From positions 1-64,000 of IMG/VR virus record IMGVR_UViG_3300032285_000892: DNA of 64,000 nt. One strand, written 5' to 3'. Below are positions 9,845 to 18,692 of the stretch, in pieces (position 1 is the stretch's first letter; the number at the start of each line of letters is the position of its first letter). The position numbers and the translations under genes are program-made. Under the pieces are notes generated by a model, which saw nothing but the letters and a program-made list of their open reading frames with translations, was not told the DNA's origin and did no database searches. Source of the DNA: a virus.

Positions 9845-10001
9845 TTACAGAAAAAAATCCGATGCAAGCGTATCCCATTGTTTCACTCATCCTTCCCTTC
9901 CCTATATCTAAATTCATTGGGTGTTTCATTAAAGGTATATTGTATTCACATTTACAACAACATCCTTTAAATTTATCTATAACACAATCTTTATTGCTCA
10001 T
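9771..10001 (-). CDS. small Cys-rich hypothetical protein
   Basis: GCCCKC...YAC...HGMCELF; 76 aa. Confidence 0.5.
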   Translation of the reverse strand: MSNKDCVIDKFKGCCCKCEYNIPLMKHPMNLDIGKGRMSETMGYACIGFFSVNERIATFFDKEHGMCELFKQKEND

Positions 10002-10392
10002 TATCTTGTTGTTTAGCTATTTCTATTAATTTATCTATACAAGCATTCTCTGCTTCTTCGTAGGTTTTAAATGGAGTCCAACCATGAGCAGAATCAGGAG
10101 TTCCATATATCTCATACTCGTGATATGTACCTAACTCTGGTTCATGAATCCAACTTGATATATTAGCATACCATGCATACTTCTCCCTAAACCATCTAAA
10201 TACTTGGCTTTTAAATGGAGCTGTCACTTCTAAATCAGTACCATTAATATCAAAATAATTATCATCATTTTGCCAATAATAAATTCTTATCGTCAGGTTG
10301 TCTACTTTATACCAATGACAAAGACAATGTTCATCAAAACCTAATTCCTTCAAAGCTAATGCTTGTTCGTATGTTACAAATTCTTTAGTCAT
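9991..10392 (-). CDS. phage hypothetical protein (MTKEFVTYEQALALKELGFDE...)
   Basis: Track ORF is 9991-10431. The downstream Met at 10392 is preferred because it limits the overlap with the upstream gene to a few nt. Confidence 0.65.
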   Translation of the reverse strand: MTKEFVTYEQALALKELGFDEHCLCHWYKVDNLTIRIYYWQNDDNYFDINGTDLEVTAPFKSQVFRWFREKYAWYANISSWIHEPELGTYHEYEIYGTPDSAHGWTPFKTYEEAENACIDKLIEIAKQQDNEQ

Positions 10393-10576
10393 TGTCTTTT
10401 TGTTTATACTTTGGTATTTTAATCCAACCAAAAACCTGTCTTATTGTATTGTTATCAAATAACCAATTACTACCATCCCAATGACCTAATTGCACTCCCA
10501 TCATATAAGGACCTAGATAACAAATGTATAATCCCTCATTTTCAGGATCTTCAGTATTCCATGTTAGTTCTTCCAT
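10385..10576 (-). CDS. small Trp-rich hypothetical protein (DUF551-like pattern)
   Basis: W...PENEGLY...GHWDGSNW...VFGWIKIP. Confidence 0.55.
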   Translation of the reverse strand: MEELTWNTEDPENEGLYICYLGPYMMGVQLGHWDGSNWLFDNNTIRQVFGWIKIPKYKQKDND

Positions 10577-10577
10577 G

Positions 10578-11156
10578 TTATTCAGCAGCTATACCAAACA
10601 ATATGTACACACCTTCTCTCTCTTGTGTAGACTTCTTGTATTTGATACAAGCTACATTAGGATCTTGATTGAGAAGAAACTTCTCCATGCGTACAAATGT
10701 GGTGTTCTGTGTCTTCTCTGTGTGCTCACGAGCAAACTTAACAGCATCAGTCTTGGTCTTGAATGACTTCAATTGTCTATCCTCCCATCCTGTGTACACA
10801 TTGTATCTAAGCTCCCATTTACTGGTACCTTTAACAACTGTGTGCTCAACAACAGACTTGATCTTGTTGTTGTTCTTGATAGGCGCTACATCTTCAATAG
10901 CATAACAATCACGCTTACGTGCGTTCTCTATCACGTCATCAAGAAACTGACGTCTCTCTTTCTTACTATCACGAAACTTCTTAGTTACATCAATACAACT
11001 AACTGTTGTACTGATTGTACCATTGTAGGCATCATTGCCATGTTCTGCAATTGCTTCTTCTACAGCACTTGTGTATGCCTCATTGACATTTGATCCTCTT
11101 GATCTAATAATAAAAACTTGTCCTCCCATTGTTTTATGGTTTAAATTGTGAAACAA
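10578..11156 (-). CDS. hypothetical protein
   Basis: 192 aa ORF; likely start at MGG (11129); HGNDAYNGTIST motif. Confidence 0.65.
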   Translation of the reverse strand: MFHNLNHKTMGGQVFIIRSRGSNVNEAYTSAVEEAIAEHGNDAYNGTISTTVSCIDVTKKFRDSKKERRQFLDDVIENARKRDCYAIEDVAPIKNNNKIKSVVEHTVVKGTSKWELRYNVYTGWEDRQLKSFKTKTDAVKFAREHTEKTQNTTFVRMEKFLLNQDPNVACIKYKKSTQEREGVYILFGIAAE

Positions 11157-11182
11157 AAAAGCCCCAGATTTCTCTGAGGCTT
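11155..11182 (-). terminator. intrinsic terminator
   Basis: AAGCC.CAG...CTG.GGCTT hairpin followed by a U6 tract on the minus strand. Confidence 0.65.
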
Positions 11183-11203
11183 GTACTAAAATTTAGCTTA
11201 TAA

Positions 11204-11398
11204 TTAAGCTAATGTCTGAAGAGTTTCGTTGAAACCAACGATTGGAATGGTAGTTCCATCTTCAAACTCACAAGTTCCTTCATTTGATTCTGCTTGTGCA
11301 CCAGAAGTTTGAGATAATACCTTGATTGAATCTTGATCCAACCAACTAAATGTAAACCCACCTTCATTTACTGTTGTAATTTTTACGAAATGTGACAT
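11204..11398 (-). CDS. small hypothetical protein
   Basis: 64 aa ORF followed by a terminator. Confidence 0.65.
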   Translation of the reverse strand: MSHFVKITTVNEGGFTFSWLDQDSIKVLSQTSGAQAESNEGTCEFEDGTTIPIVGFNETLQTLA

Positions 11399-11462
11399 AA
11401 GAGCCTTTGTTCAGATACCTGTTCCCATGTTTAGATTGATAATACACAAATATATGCAATTA

Positions 11463-11873
11463 TCAATAATATCCTATAAAGAACTTTTTAACTTTCTGCC
11501 AAAATGTAGGCTGTTGATCCTTAAGAATATACGCATCAGGTGGTATTGTTGTATGAATGTGCGTTGTTTCTCTTGCATCAACATCCCAGAAATACTCTTC
11601 CTCAACCATATCAGGATTATACTCACGTAGTCCTAGATTAAGCTCAAACATACCCATGATTAGTTCAGCTTTTCTACGATTACATTTGAATGTCTTCTGT
11701 ATAAGTTTAAGAGCATCCTTACGCCAAGCTATTGTTTGTGCTGTAGTCAATGTATACACTCTCCAGAATTCTGGTGTGTTCACTGCGTCCTCATATGTTA
11801 ATCCTATGAGTTCCATTTGCATAGAGACCAACTTCCTGTTGATCTCTTCACGTTGTTTCTCTGTACCTGCCAT
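11463..11873 (-). CDS. hypothetical protein
   Basis: 136 aa ORF in operon orientation. Confidence 0.65.
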   Translation of the reverse strand: MAGTEKQREEINRKLVSMQMELIGLTYEDAVNTPEFWRVYTLTTAQTIAWRKDALKLIQKTFKCNRRKAELIMGMFELNLGLREYNPDMVEEEYFWDVDARETTHIHTTIPPDAYILKDQQPTFWQKVKKFFIGYY

Positions 11874-11874
11874 A

Positions 11875-12243
11875 TTATTTTAATAGTTTATGCCACCATT
11901 TAGTGACAGCTTTTATAGGTGCTTGTACTGTAGATAATAAACGTAACTGTTCTTCTAACTCTTGAATACGTTTTTTATATTCTAATTCAAGCTCTGCATT
12001 TCGTTTCTCAACTCCATCTAAATGTATTTGCATTTTACTAAGTAATTCATCTTTTTCAACTATTGAACCACTCATTTGATGTACTCCAGGGCTACGTAAA
12101 TAACCTCTAGAATCACGATCTGCTAAAGTTAAATAAACCATCTTTTCTTGTTTCAGGTCATCAAACTGATTTTTATACAACTCATTCTCTATTGACATCA
12201 TTTGATAATCTTCATATGACATCGTAATTGTTTTCTTTCCCAT
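11875..12243 (-). CDS. coiled-coil hypothetical protein
   Basis: 122 aa with a heptad-rich C-terminal half. Confidence 0.65.
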   Translation of the reverse strand: MGKKTITMSYEDYQMMSIENELYKNQFDDLKQEKMVYLTLADRDSRGYLRSPGVHQMSGSIVEKDELLSKMQIHLDGVEKRNAELELEYKKRIQELEEQLRLLSTVQAPIKAVTKWWHKLLK

Positions 12244-12244
12244 G

Positions 12245-14194
12245 TTAGAATAAACTTAATTGATTAGGAATTACAACTGGTCGTTTCTTACCATTATAAC
12301 TAATCTTGTTAATAATACGTTCTGCTCTCTCTATATAATAAGAATGATTAATATTATCTAGAGGATGATCTTTTGTAAGATGATTACATACAGTCATTAC
12401 CCATTCACCTGCCTCTACTTGTGATACAGATGCAGCGCCAGACATAGAATCTTCCTTCTTAACCTTTAAGAGCTTCTCTCCTGTGTTTGAGACATAGTAT
12501 CTAATAAGTTTGTTATACTTTGTAACATTCCCATTAGCTCTTCCCTCGAAATGAAAGTCACGTGTAGCTCTCTGACGCATAGCAAAATCATAGATATTTC
12601 TATGATTGAATATAGTATCAGAAACAGGTACATCATTAATGAAATACTGCTCAAGAGCAATAGGGATAATCCTACCAGACTTATTCTTATGCAACTCAAA
12701 ATCAGTAAGGAAATCGCCTTTCTTCTTGACGTCTCCGTTAGTCTTAATCGCAAGGTAATCATTAACAGTCGAGAAGATAATCTTTGCGTAGTCGGTTCGT
12801 TCGAGTTCATATTCTGTTAGTGTGCTCCACCATTTATTGATTATGTCCATTTGTTCTAAATGAGTTTTCTTTATTCTAATGGTGACACCATCAGTGTTAG
12901 CAGAGATGACATGAATACCTGCTAGCTCATACGCTTCAATAAGCATAAGCAAACTAAGCTCACCAGTGATAGTAGTAAACATAGTAAGCTGTCTGTCATA
13001 GATCCAGTTCTGCATATCAGACGACTTACCGTATACGGAATTAACAGAAAGCTTAAGAGCGTCAACAATACCTGCAATGCGTTTGTCTTTCTTAGCTTGA
13101 GGCTTAAGTTCAAGACGCCTCTCAAACATACGCTTATAGCCAATAAGAAAACCCTTACTAAGATGTGCAGGATATTTACCATTATTGATAATAATAGCAG
13201 GATAATAACTAGAAACATCCCAATCAATAATCTCATACTCTCCATCAGCCTCAAATACTTCAGGTTTGTTCTCCGTGTGAAGGCCACCTTTAGCAAACGT
13301 ATAAGTGTTGCCATAAAATATTATACTCTCTTTAAAATCATCATTTAATCCTAATACCAATTTCTTCATTCTCTTGAGAAACTCTTGTAACTGTGGCGTT
13401 GTAAAACTTACATATGTGCCTATACACTGTTTCACTTTAATCTCCTTACGAAAGAATCCTTTCTTTGGTAGATTTTCATACGTTGTCTTTGTCTGCTCAC
13501 AATAATACTTCTTGATCATCTCATCACCAATCTTACTATCTGAATAGTTAAGACACGGAATGTTAAACTCTTCCTGGATGTCAAGCCTCAATTGTATTTG
13601 ATCTTTACCTTTGTATAGAGGATGACTAGTATTACCTCTAGTCACCTTATAGAATTCATATGTTGCAAAGACATCATTACGACAATATCCTCTAGTGATT
13701 TCTATTTCTTCAAGAGTCATATCAGTTTTAGTATGGTGTATGGGCATCTCTTCGATGTTTTCCAAATCCATTTCAAACTCTAGCCTCTTTAAGCTCACCA
13801 TCCTATTCTTATTGTCATAATGATTGACCTTAAACAAATCAATCTGCTTCATAGTCAAATCATTTTCTCTATACTCTGGAAACACATCAAAGTTAGCATC
13901 ATGTATAACATCTTGAGCCTTCTGTGCTATCTTAGCACATATCTCTAGTCCTGTTAAATCATGCCAATGTTCACAATTACGTAGTATCCACTCAACCACC
14001 TGACTGTCAAATCGTAGATTATTATAGCCCACCCAATAATAATCAGGATGGTCTTCTATGAATTTACTCAATGCGTCAAGATTGTTGTGCCACCCACTCA
14101 CCATGAATTCATGTTGTTCATGTAATTCAGGATCGAGTATATTAATGAGAAACAACTCTTGCATTGTTTCAATGTCATAGATTAATACTTTCAT
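12245..14194 (-). CDS. polB: DNA polymerase family B (crAss-type) with 3'-5' exonuclease domain
   Basis: ExoI IYDIET, ExoII VGYNNLRFD, ExoIII YCRNDV; Pol motif A DWDVSSYYP, motif B KLSVNSVYGK, motif C ISANTDG. Confidence 0.93.
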   Translation of the reverse strand: MKVLIYDIETMQELFLINILDPELHEQHEFMVSGWHNNLDALSKFIEDHPDYYWVGYNNLRFDSQVVEWILRNCEHWHDLTGLEICAKIAQKAQDVIHDANFDVFPEYRENDLTMKQIDLFKVNHYDNKNRMVSLKRLEFEMDLENIEEMPIHHTKTDMTLEEIEITRGYCRNDVFATYEFYKVTRGNTSHPLYKGKDQIQLRLDIQEEFNIPCLNYSDSKIGDEMIKKYYCEQTKTTYENLPKKGFFRKEIKVKQCIGTYVSFTTPQLQEFLKRMKKLVLGLNDDFKESIIFYGNTYTFAKGGLHTENKPEVFEADGEYEIIDWDVSSYYPAIIINNGKYPAHLSKGFLIGYKRMFERRLELKPQAKKDKRIAGIVDALKLSVNSVYGKSSDMQNWIYDRQLTMFTTITGELSLLMLIEAYELAGIHVISANTDGVTIRIKKTHLEQMDIINKWWSTLTEYELERTDYAKIIFSTVNDYLAIKTNGDVKKKGDFLTDFELHKNKSGRIIPIALEQYFINDVPVSDTIFNHRNIYDFAMRQRATRDFHFEGRANGNVTKYNKLIRYYVSNTGEKLLKVKKEDSMSGAASVSQVEAGEWVMTVCNHLTKDHPLDNINHSYYIERAERIINKISYNGKKRPVVIPNQLSLF

Positions 14195-14283
14195 TTCTTT
14201 GTTGTTTTATCAATAAACCAACCAGCTATCTTTAATACAATAACTACAACATTAAAGACCATGTCTTCCAATTTGCCTTTCAT
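14191..14283 (-). CDS. 30 aa hydrophobic micro-protein
   Basis: MKGKLEDMVFNVVVIVLKIAGWFIDKTTKK; ATGA overlaps at both ends. Confidence 0.4.
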   Translation of the reverse strand: MKGKLEDMVFNVVVIVLKIAGWFIDKTTKK

Positions 14284-14453
14284 TGTTCAAGTGCTGTTCT
14301 AGGTTTATTAGTTCTAATCTCTTTCAATCCCCATTTTTCAAGGTATTGTCTTTTCTGACGCATATGCTCAATATTTAGTTCTCTATCTACTGATGCAAAT
14401 ACATTAATGATACCTCTAATGGTATCTTGCGTTTCTATTTCTGGTGCTTTCAT
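14280..14453 (-). CDS. small hypothetical protein (57 aa)
   Basis: Hand-translated MKAPEIETQDTIRGIINVFASVDRELNIEHMRQKRQYLEKWGL... Confidence 0.5.
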   Translation of the reverse strand: MKAPEIETQDTIRGIINVFASVDRELNIEHMRQKRQYLEKWGLKEIRTNKPRTALEQ

Positions 14454-14465
14454 AGTTTATTTATT

Positions 14466-14491
14466 AAAGCAGCCATCATTACGATGACTGC
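14466..14491 (-). terminator. intrinsic terminator-like hairpin
   Basis: Minus strand reads GCAGTCATC-GTAAT-GATGGCTGC then TTTAATAA. Confidence 0.55.
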
Positions 14492-14528
14492 TGTTATTAA
14501 AATATACAATATTGGATGCTTACTCATT

Positions 14529-14804
14529 TTAATTATCGTCTCCATCATAACCATCAGCCATTATGTCAATACCTTCCATTAATTCATCATTAGTTACCCA
14601 ATCAGGGATAGGTGTACCCTTAGCTACAGGTTTATCATTAAGTGCTATTAATGTAGCATTATCGATATCTAGTTCTTCGTAAGGTGGATTATGATAATCA
14701 CCATGGTCATATGAAAAGATCCAATCAACTTTAACTTCACACCATTCATCCTCATCTGTAGGATGATAACATGTGATGTATGAACGTCCTGATATCTGTG
14801 TCAT
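14529..14804 (-). CDS. acidic hypothetical protein
   Basis: 91 aa ORF. Confidence 0.6.
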   Translation of the reverse strand: MTQISGRSYITCYHPTDEDEWCEVKVDWIFSYDHGDYHNPPYEELDIDNATLIALNDKPVAKGTPIPDWVTNDELMEGIDIMADGYDGDDN

Positions 14805-14805
14805 A

Positions 14806-15000
14806 TTAGAATATATTAATGTTAAACAATTTACCTGCTCTGGTTTGATGATAATGATAATTCACTCGTAAGTTACGCCTTGTTCTTGCTAATGTCTTAG
14901 TGTGCTTTTGTTTAGCATTAAGACTTGTAGGACAATTTGTTTTACGTGCACATGATGACAACACTCCCGTTATCATCATTACTAAAATTAATTGCTTCAT
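14806..15000 (-). CDS. putative small lipoprotein
   Basis: MKQLILVMMITGVLSS-C signal peptide II / lipobox. Confidence 0.55.
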   Translation of the reverse strand: MKQLILVMMITGVLSSCARKTNCPTSLNAKQKHTKTLARTRRNLRVNYHYHQTRAGKLFNINIF

Positions 15001-15206
15001 TTGCTGTATATGTATGATAATATTCCTCCTTTATTCCAACATGGATTACCTGTAGTAGAACCAGTTTGTTTAATTAGATTTTCATCCCAAACTATTTTTG
15101 TTCCATCTTTACATGTACATCCAATCTTGATTTTTAATGGAACAATATTTTGTTCCACTTCGCAACTCATCAGTCCACATGCAAGTATAAAGATTAACTT
15201 TTTCAT
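14997..15206 (-). CDS. putative small lipoprotein
   Basis: MKKLIFILACGLMS-C signal peptide II / lipobox; CTC and PC residues in the mature part. Confidence 0.6.
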   Translation of the reverse strand: MKKLIFILACGLMSCEVEQNIVPLKIKIGCTCKDGTKIVWDENLIKQTGSTTGNPCWNKGGILSYIYSK

Positions 15207-15490
15207 TTTACACGTTCTTTATCAACATAATGAATACCCCAATCATCTGTGCGCTCACTGACAGTCTGCTCATCATAGTCTTCTGTACCTGTTGTATCAC
15301 CAAGAGGCATAGAGAAGCGTTGAAACTTCTCATATGCCACAAGGTTAACCGATTTATCTTTCATAGGACGAAGGATATATCCATATACACAACACGCAAC
15401 AATGATTATGATGCAGAATACAATGATAGCAGCTTCAATCTTACGCTTCAAGCGTTCGATGAGCTTATCCATCTTCTGATCAGGATACAT
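15203..15490 (-). CDS. single-pass membrane protein
   Basis: IEAAIIVFCIIIIVACCVYGYIL hydrophobic helix. Confidence 0.6.
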   Translation of the reverse strand: MYPDQKMDKLIERLKRKIEAAIIVFCIIIIVACCVYGYILRPMKDKSVNLVAYEKFQRFSMPLGDTTGTEDYDEQTVSERTDDWGIHYVDKERVK

Positions 15491-15708
15491 TAGTCTAATA
15501 AATTAGAGATAAATGTACGCCCTACTACATCTTCAGGATTCTTACGAGCACGTTCAAATGCTACTGCAATCTCCACCTCTGTAAATAGATATGAAGCATA
15601 GTTAGTGCTGTTCTTTAATACTACAGCATAATATTCATTATTAGCTGTTTTCTTCTTGTTCTGGTTCTTAATATGAACAAGATTACCTACACGAGTTTTT
15701 ACTGACAT
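15490..15708 (-). CDS. hypothetical protein
   Basis: 72 aa ORF. Confidence 0.6.
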   Translation of the reverse strand: MSVKTRVGNLVHIKNQNKKKTANNEYYAVVLKNSTNYASYLFTEVEIAVAFERARKNPEDVVGRTFISNLLD

Positions 15709-15720
15709 ATAATTATTGGT

Positions 15721-16095
15721 TTAAAAATAAATGGTTAATGATTTCTTTTGTAATACTACACGCTTAACATTTGTAAAGTCAAAGCTTGTGCCTTCAGGTA
15801 CATCAATACCAATAGTTTTTGGTACTGTCACCTTCTCCACTTTGATCTTTGCAGGCTTTTGAAGCTTCTCTTTCTTTGGTCTAGATATACCTTTAGCAAG
15901 GGTATGTAATTTCATCAGTACACCTATTTGTCCACGACCAAACTTTTTAGCAAAGTCTTTGGACAATGATACAACTGAATTATGTGATGTTGAAAGAGCA
16001 TGAATCATATCTTCAAGCTCAGTTTGTGAGTAAAAATAATTCTTTTCCATTTCATTAATTGATTTTTGCAATAGTACACATAGGTGATGTGTCAT
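15721..16095 (-). CDS. basic hypothetical protein
   Basis: Lys-rich ORF; the true start is probably the internal Met (MEKNYFY). Confidence 0.55.
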   Translation of the reverse strand: MTHHLCVLLQKSINEMEKNYFYSQTELEDMIHALSTSHNSVVSLSKDFAKKFGRGQIGVLMKLHTLAKGISRPKKEKLQKPAKIKVEKVTVPKTIGIDVPEGTSFDFTNVKRVVLQKKSLTIYF

Positions 16096-16597
16096 AATAT
16101 TGCGTGAATAAATATTTTCCTTTGGTTGTGATGAATTCAGTATGATTTATAGGTGATGTAAATTCTCTACGTGATACTATTAGTTCATCTCTTGAACCAA
16201 AAAATATCTTTGTAGTAGCATCTGATCCTCCCTTTATTCTTATACTGAATGTCATCATGAAGTTGTTTTGAAACTTCCTGACATGTGGTGTTAAATGTGT
16301 AACAGACCTACAGAAATCAAGATCATACAATGTATCCTTTCTGTTTGGGTCTGCAGTTAATATATCACCATATATCATATGAACAGGCTTCTTGAGATTA
16401 AACACCTGAGACATAAATGTTTGAGAATCATTTTCATATATCTCAAATTCTTTACATCCCTCTGATGCTAATCTATCAATGTATTGATTAATGTCTGGAC
16501 CTGCTAGTCCAACAACATTCTCAAACTTAAACTTAGCTAGAAAGAAATCTCTCACTCTTTGCTTTTGTGTGGCACTTAAATACGTATACTTTAACAT
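16055..16597 (-). CDS. possible class I SAM-dependent methyltransferase-fold protein
   Basis: VVGLAGPD (motif I-like), EIYEND (acidic end of beta2), IYGDIL, LYDLDFC. Confidence 0.4.
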   Translation of the reverse strand: MLKYTYLSATQKQRVRDFFLAKFKFENVVGLAGPDINQYIDRLASEGCKEFEIYENDSQTFMSQVFNLKKPVHMIYGDILTADPNRKDTLYDLDFCRSVTHLTPHVRKFQNNFMMTFSIRIKGGSDATTKIFFGSRDELIVSRREFTSPINHTEFITTKGKYLFTQYYDTSPMCTIAKIN

Positions 16598-17103
16598 TTA
16601 GTTTCCCATTGTGAAGTTTCGTCATTCCAATCAAGGTCTTCATTATCCTCGTCGTAATACAATAGATAATCTACATCACATAGAATTACCTTTCCATCCT
16701 CATCCAATACAGCTTGGTCATTCTCCATATATATTGCCACATACCCATGATCGTTTAATGATACATAATTCATCATATCAACGTCCATTTGGTATTCATC
16801 ACCATTGTATTCTATCCAATCAATCTGATCAGGATATGCTACAACAACTTCGGGTACATCTGGATTTGTACTAACCGCTTGTACTAAATAAGGTTTAACA
16901 GGAAAGCCATTCTCACGTATATATTTCTCAATATCACGTGGAATGGCTTCAAGTGCATGCAAATGTAAATACTCATAATCATTTACATTTGCTATAACAG
17001 CAAACAACATACCTTTCTCTAATGGTCCAGGCTCATAATGTCTGTATACTAACTTAACTGCTTTGTACATCTTTTGGTAAATTAGAAGCCTTAAATATAG
17101 CAA
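16591..17103 (-). CDS. acidic hypothetical protein
   Basis: 170 aa ORF; probable start MYKAVKL. Confidence 0.6.
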   Translation of the reverse strand: MLYLRLLIYQKMYKAVKLVYRHYEPGPLEKGMLFAVIANVNDYEYLHLHALEAIPRDIEKYIRENGFPVKPYLVQAVSTNPDVPEVVVAYPDQIDWIEYNGDEYQMDVDMMNYVSLNDHGYVAIYMENDQAVLDEDGKVILCDVDYLLYYDEDNEDLDWNDETSQWETKC

Positions 17104-17416
17104 TATCTTCTTTAGTACGCAAAACTATGGCATCTAAATCCTCATCAGTCAATTCTTCTGCATTCATAGTGATAGTATTATTTACAAATGCATCACGCTG
17201 AAATAATCTCATTTCTAATGGTTTAGGCCATGGATTACAATCCATAGAAAAATAATTATGATGTGCATTCCATGTCAAATGACTATTGTCTGAAATAACC
17301 AATGCTATTCCAGTAGGCTCACCTTGTGCATTAAATTCTAATGGAAGATTTAATGATTTGACATATTCACGTAATTCTTTAGCTATGTTCAATAGCTCAA
17401 TTGATTGTGTTCTCAT
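17054..17416 (-). CDS. hypothetical protein
   Basis: 120 aa ORF. Confidence 0.6.
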   Translation of the reverse strand: MRTQSIELLNIAKELREYVKSLNLPLEFNAQGEPTGIALVISDNSHLTWNAHHNYFSMDCNPWPKPLEMRLFQRDAFVNNTITMNAEELTDEDLDAIVLRTKEDIAIFKASNLPKDVQSS

Positions 17417-17446
17417 GTATATACATGTTTAAATGGTGAATAATAA

Positions 17447-17710
17447 TTACTCTGTCTCAAAGAACTCTATTCTAGAAGGACTACTAGTCATCTTCTTATA
17501 GATGAGTTGTGCTTTAACAGCATTAATAGCTGTAGCATAAGCACTAACAGCAGCTTGTGCAGCTTTAATATCAGCTGTTTTATTATATGTCTTGGTTAAC
17601 TTATCACCAATCTTTTGACACATAATACGTACATCATCTACAGTTATTGTTTGTTCAGAGTTAATTACTACTAACTCTGCTACTTCTTGTTTTTTTACTT
17701 GCTTTTTCAT
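17447..17710 (-). CDS. helical hypothetical protein coupled to the Zn-ribbon gene
   Basis: 87 aa; ATGA overlap with the upstream gene. Confidence 0.65.
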   Translation of the reverse strand: MKKQVKKQEVAELVVINSEQTITVDDVRIMCQKIGDKLTKTYNKTADIKAAQAAVSAYATAINAVKAQLIYKKMTSSPSRIEFFETE

Positions 17711-18321
17711 AATTGTTTTAATTGTTTTATTTGACGTGATAATGATAATTGTTTTCTTTTAATTTCAATTAACTCTGCTGGTACATCTTTAGACTTAAGA
17801 TCATTTTGTCGAGTAATTATAGATCTAATATAATAGTCAGTTAAATTATCTCTTTGAAAATTAGTATATGCTTTAATTTTATCTGGATTTCTATTATTCT
17901 TATGAAAATTCTTTGCATATTCTATTCTTTCACGCTTAAGATTATGCTTACGTACATATTCTTTTTGACAAGGTTTACACTTAGCAACTATTTTCCCATT
18001 TTTTTTAACATCATACTCAGATACATGCTTATGTTCATTACAAGCTGTACATCTCTTATGATCATTAATGATAGGATATCTTTTGGTAGGTTTAAACCCA
18101 TTTAGTCTATTATATTTTATAGCAGCTGCTCTATCACACTCTTTGCAATTAGTTTGTGATGCAAATGAACCATCCTTATTAGATTTACTTCTTAATGAGA
18201 ATTCAGATACTGGTTTTATAATATGACATCTACCACATTCTTTGTGGTTATCAATAACTGGATAAAGTAGTTTCATAAGATTGTTATTTAATAAATGAAT
18301 AAAATAAGAGCTCAAGGACAA
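17707..18321 (-). CDS. tandem Zn-ribbon protein
   Basis: Two repeats: YPVIDNHKECGRC...EF...CKEC and YPIINDHKRCTAC...EY...CKPC. Confidence 0.7.
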   Translation of the reverse strand: MSLSSYFIHLLNNNLMKLLYPVIDNHKECGRCHIIKPVSEFSLRSKSNKDGSFASQTNCKECDRAAAIKYNRLNGFKPTKRYPIINDHKRCTACNEHKHVSEYDVKKNGKIVAKCKPCQKEYVRKHNLKRERIEYAKNFHKNNRNPDKIKAYTNFQRDNLTDYYIRSIITRQNDLKSKDVPAELIEIKRKQLSLSRQIKQLKQL

Positions 18322-18335
18322 TGTCCAAGAGCTCT
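18307..18335 (-). terminator. intrinsic terminator-like hairpin
   Basis: AGAGCTC-aa-GGAC-aat-GTCC-aa-GAGCTCT followed by TTATTTTATT on the minus strand. Confidence 0.6.
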
Positions 18336-18353
18336 ACACTAATCTCTAAACCC

Positions 18354-18494
18354 TCAAAAACCTAATGCTTGCAACAATTCACTGTTTGCCTCGACTATAA
18401 CAAAGCCACCCAATACACGATATGAGTATTGAAACTTTGCTAGCTGTACAAACAATGAACAGAACACCACTGGTGTTAACTTTACAGTTGTCAT
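18354..18494 (-). CDS. small hypothetical protein (46 aa)
   Basis: Hand-translated MTTVKLTPVVFCSLFVQLAKFQYSYRVLGGFVIVEANSELLQALGF. Confidence 0.45.
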   Translation of the reverse strand: MTTVKLTPVVFCSLFVQLAKFQYSYRVLGGFVIVEANSELLQALGF

Positions 18495-18530
18495 CTTGTG
18501 CTAATTTAAAGTGTGAATAATTTATTTTTA

Positions 18531-18692
18531 CTACCTACGCGACTCCATATATAATATTGCACCAAATACTGATGCAACTAATGCACAGCCAATAGCTGTA
18601 GCATAATGACCATGTACACACATCTGTATGAACATTAAAATCATAAGGACACCTAGTGTCCCTATGAATATTTTATTAATGAGCTTATCCAT
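18531..18692 (-). CDS. small two-TM membrane protein (53 aa)
   Basis: MDKLINKIFIGTLGVLMILMFIQMCVHGHYATAIGCALVASVFGAILYMESRR. Confidence 0.55.
   Translation of the reverse strand: MDKLINKIFIGTLGVLMILMFIQMCVHGHYATAIGCALVASVFGAILYMESRR

Noticed and set aside
12890-13000. PolB motif C reads ANTDG instead of YxDTD
   Set aside because: To my knowledge this variant is normal for this phage PolB lineage, so it was not treated as novel
1020-13348. Plus-strand ORFs antisense to replication genes (e.g. 2819-3076, 4275-4541, 8452-8946, 10773-11093)
   Set aside because: They overlap well-supported minus-strand genes entirely and have no recognisable motifs
17707-18321. HNH homing endonuclease call
   Set aside because: Only the Zn-ribbon part is present; there is no H-N-H catalytic motif
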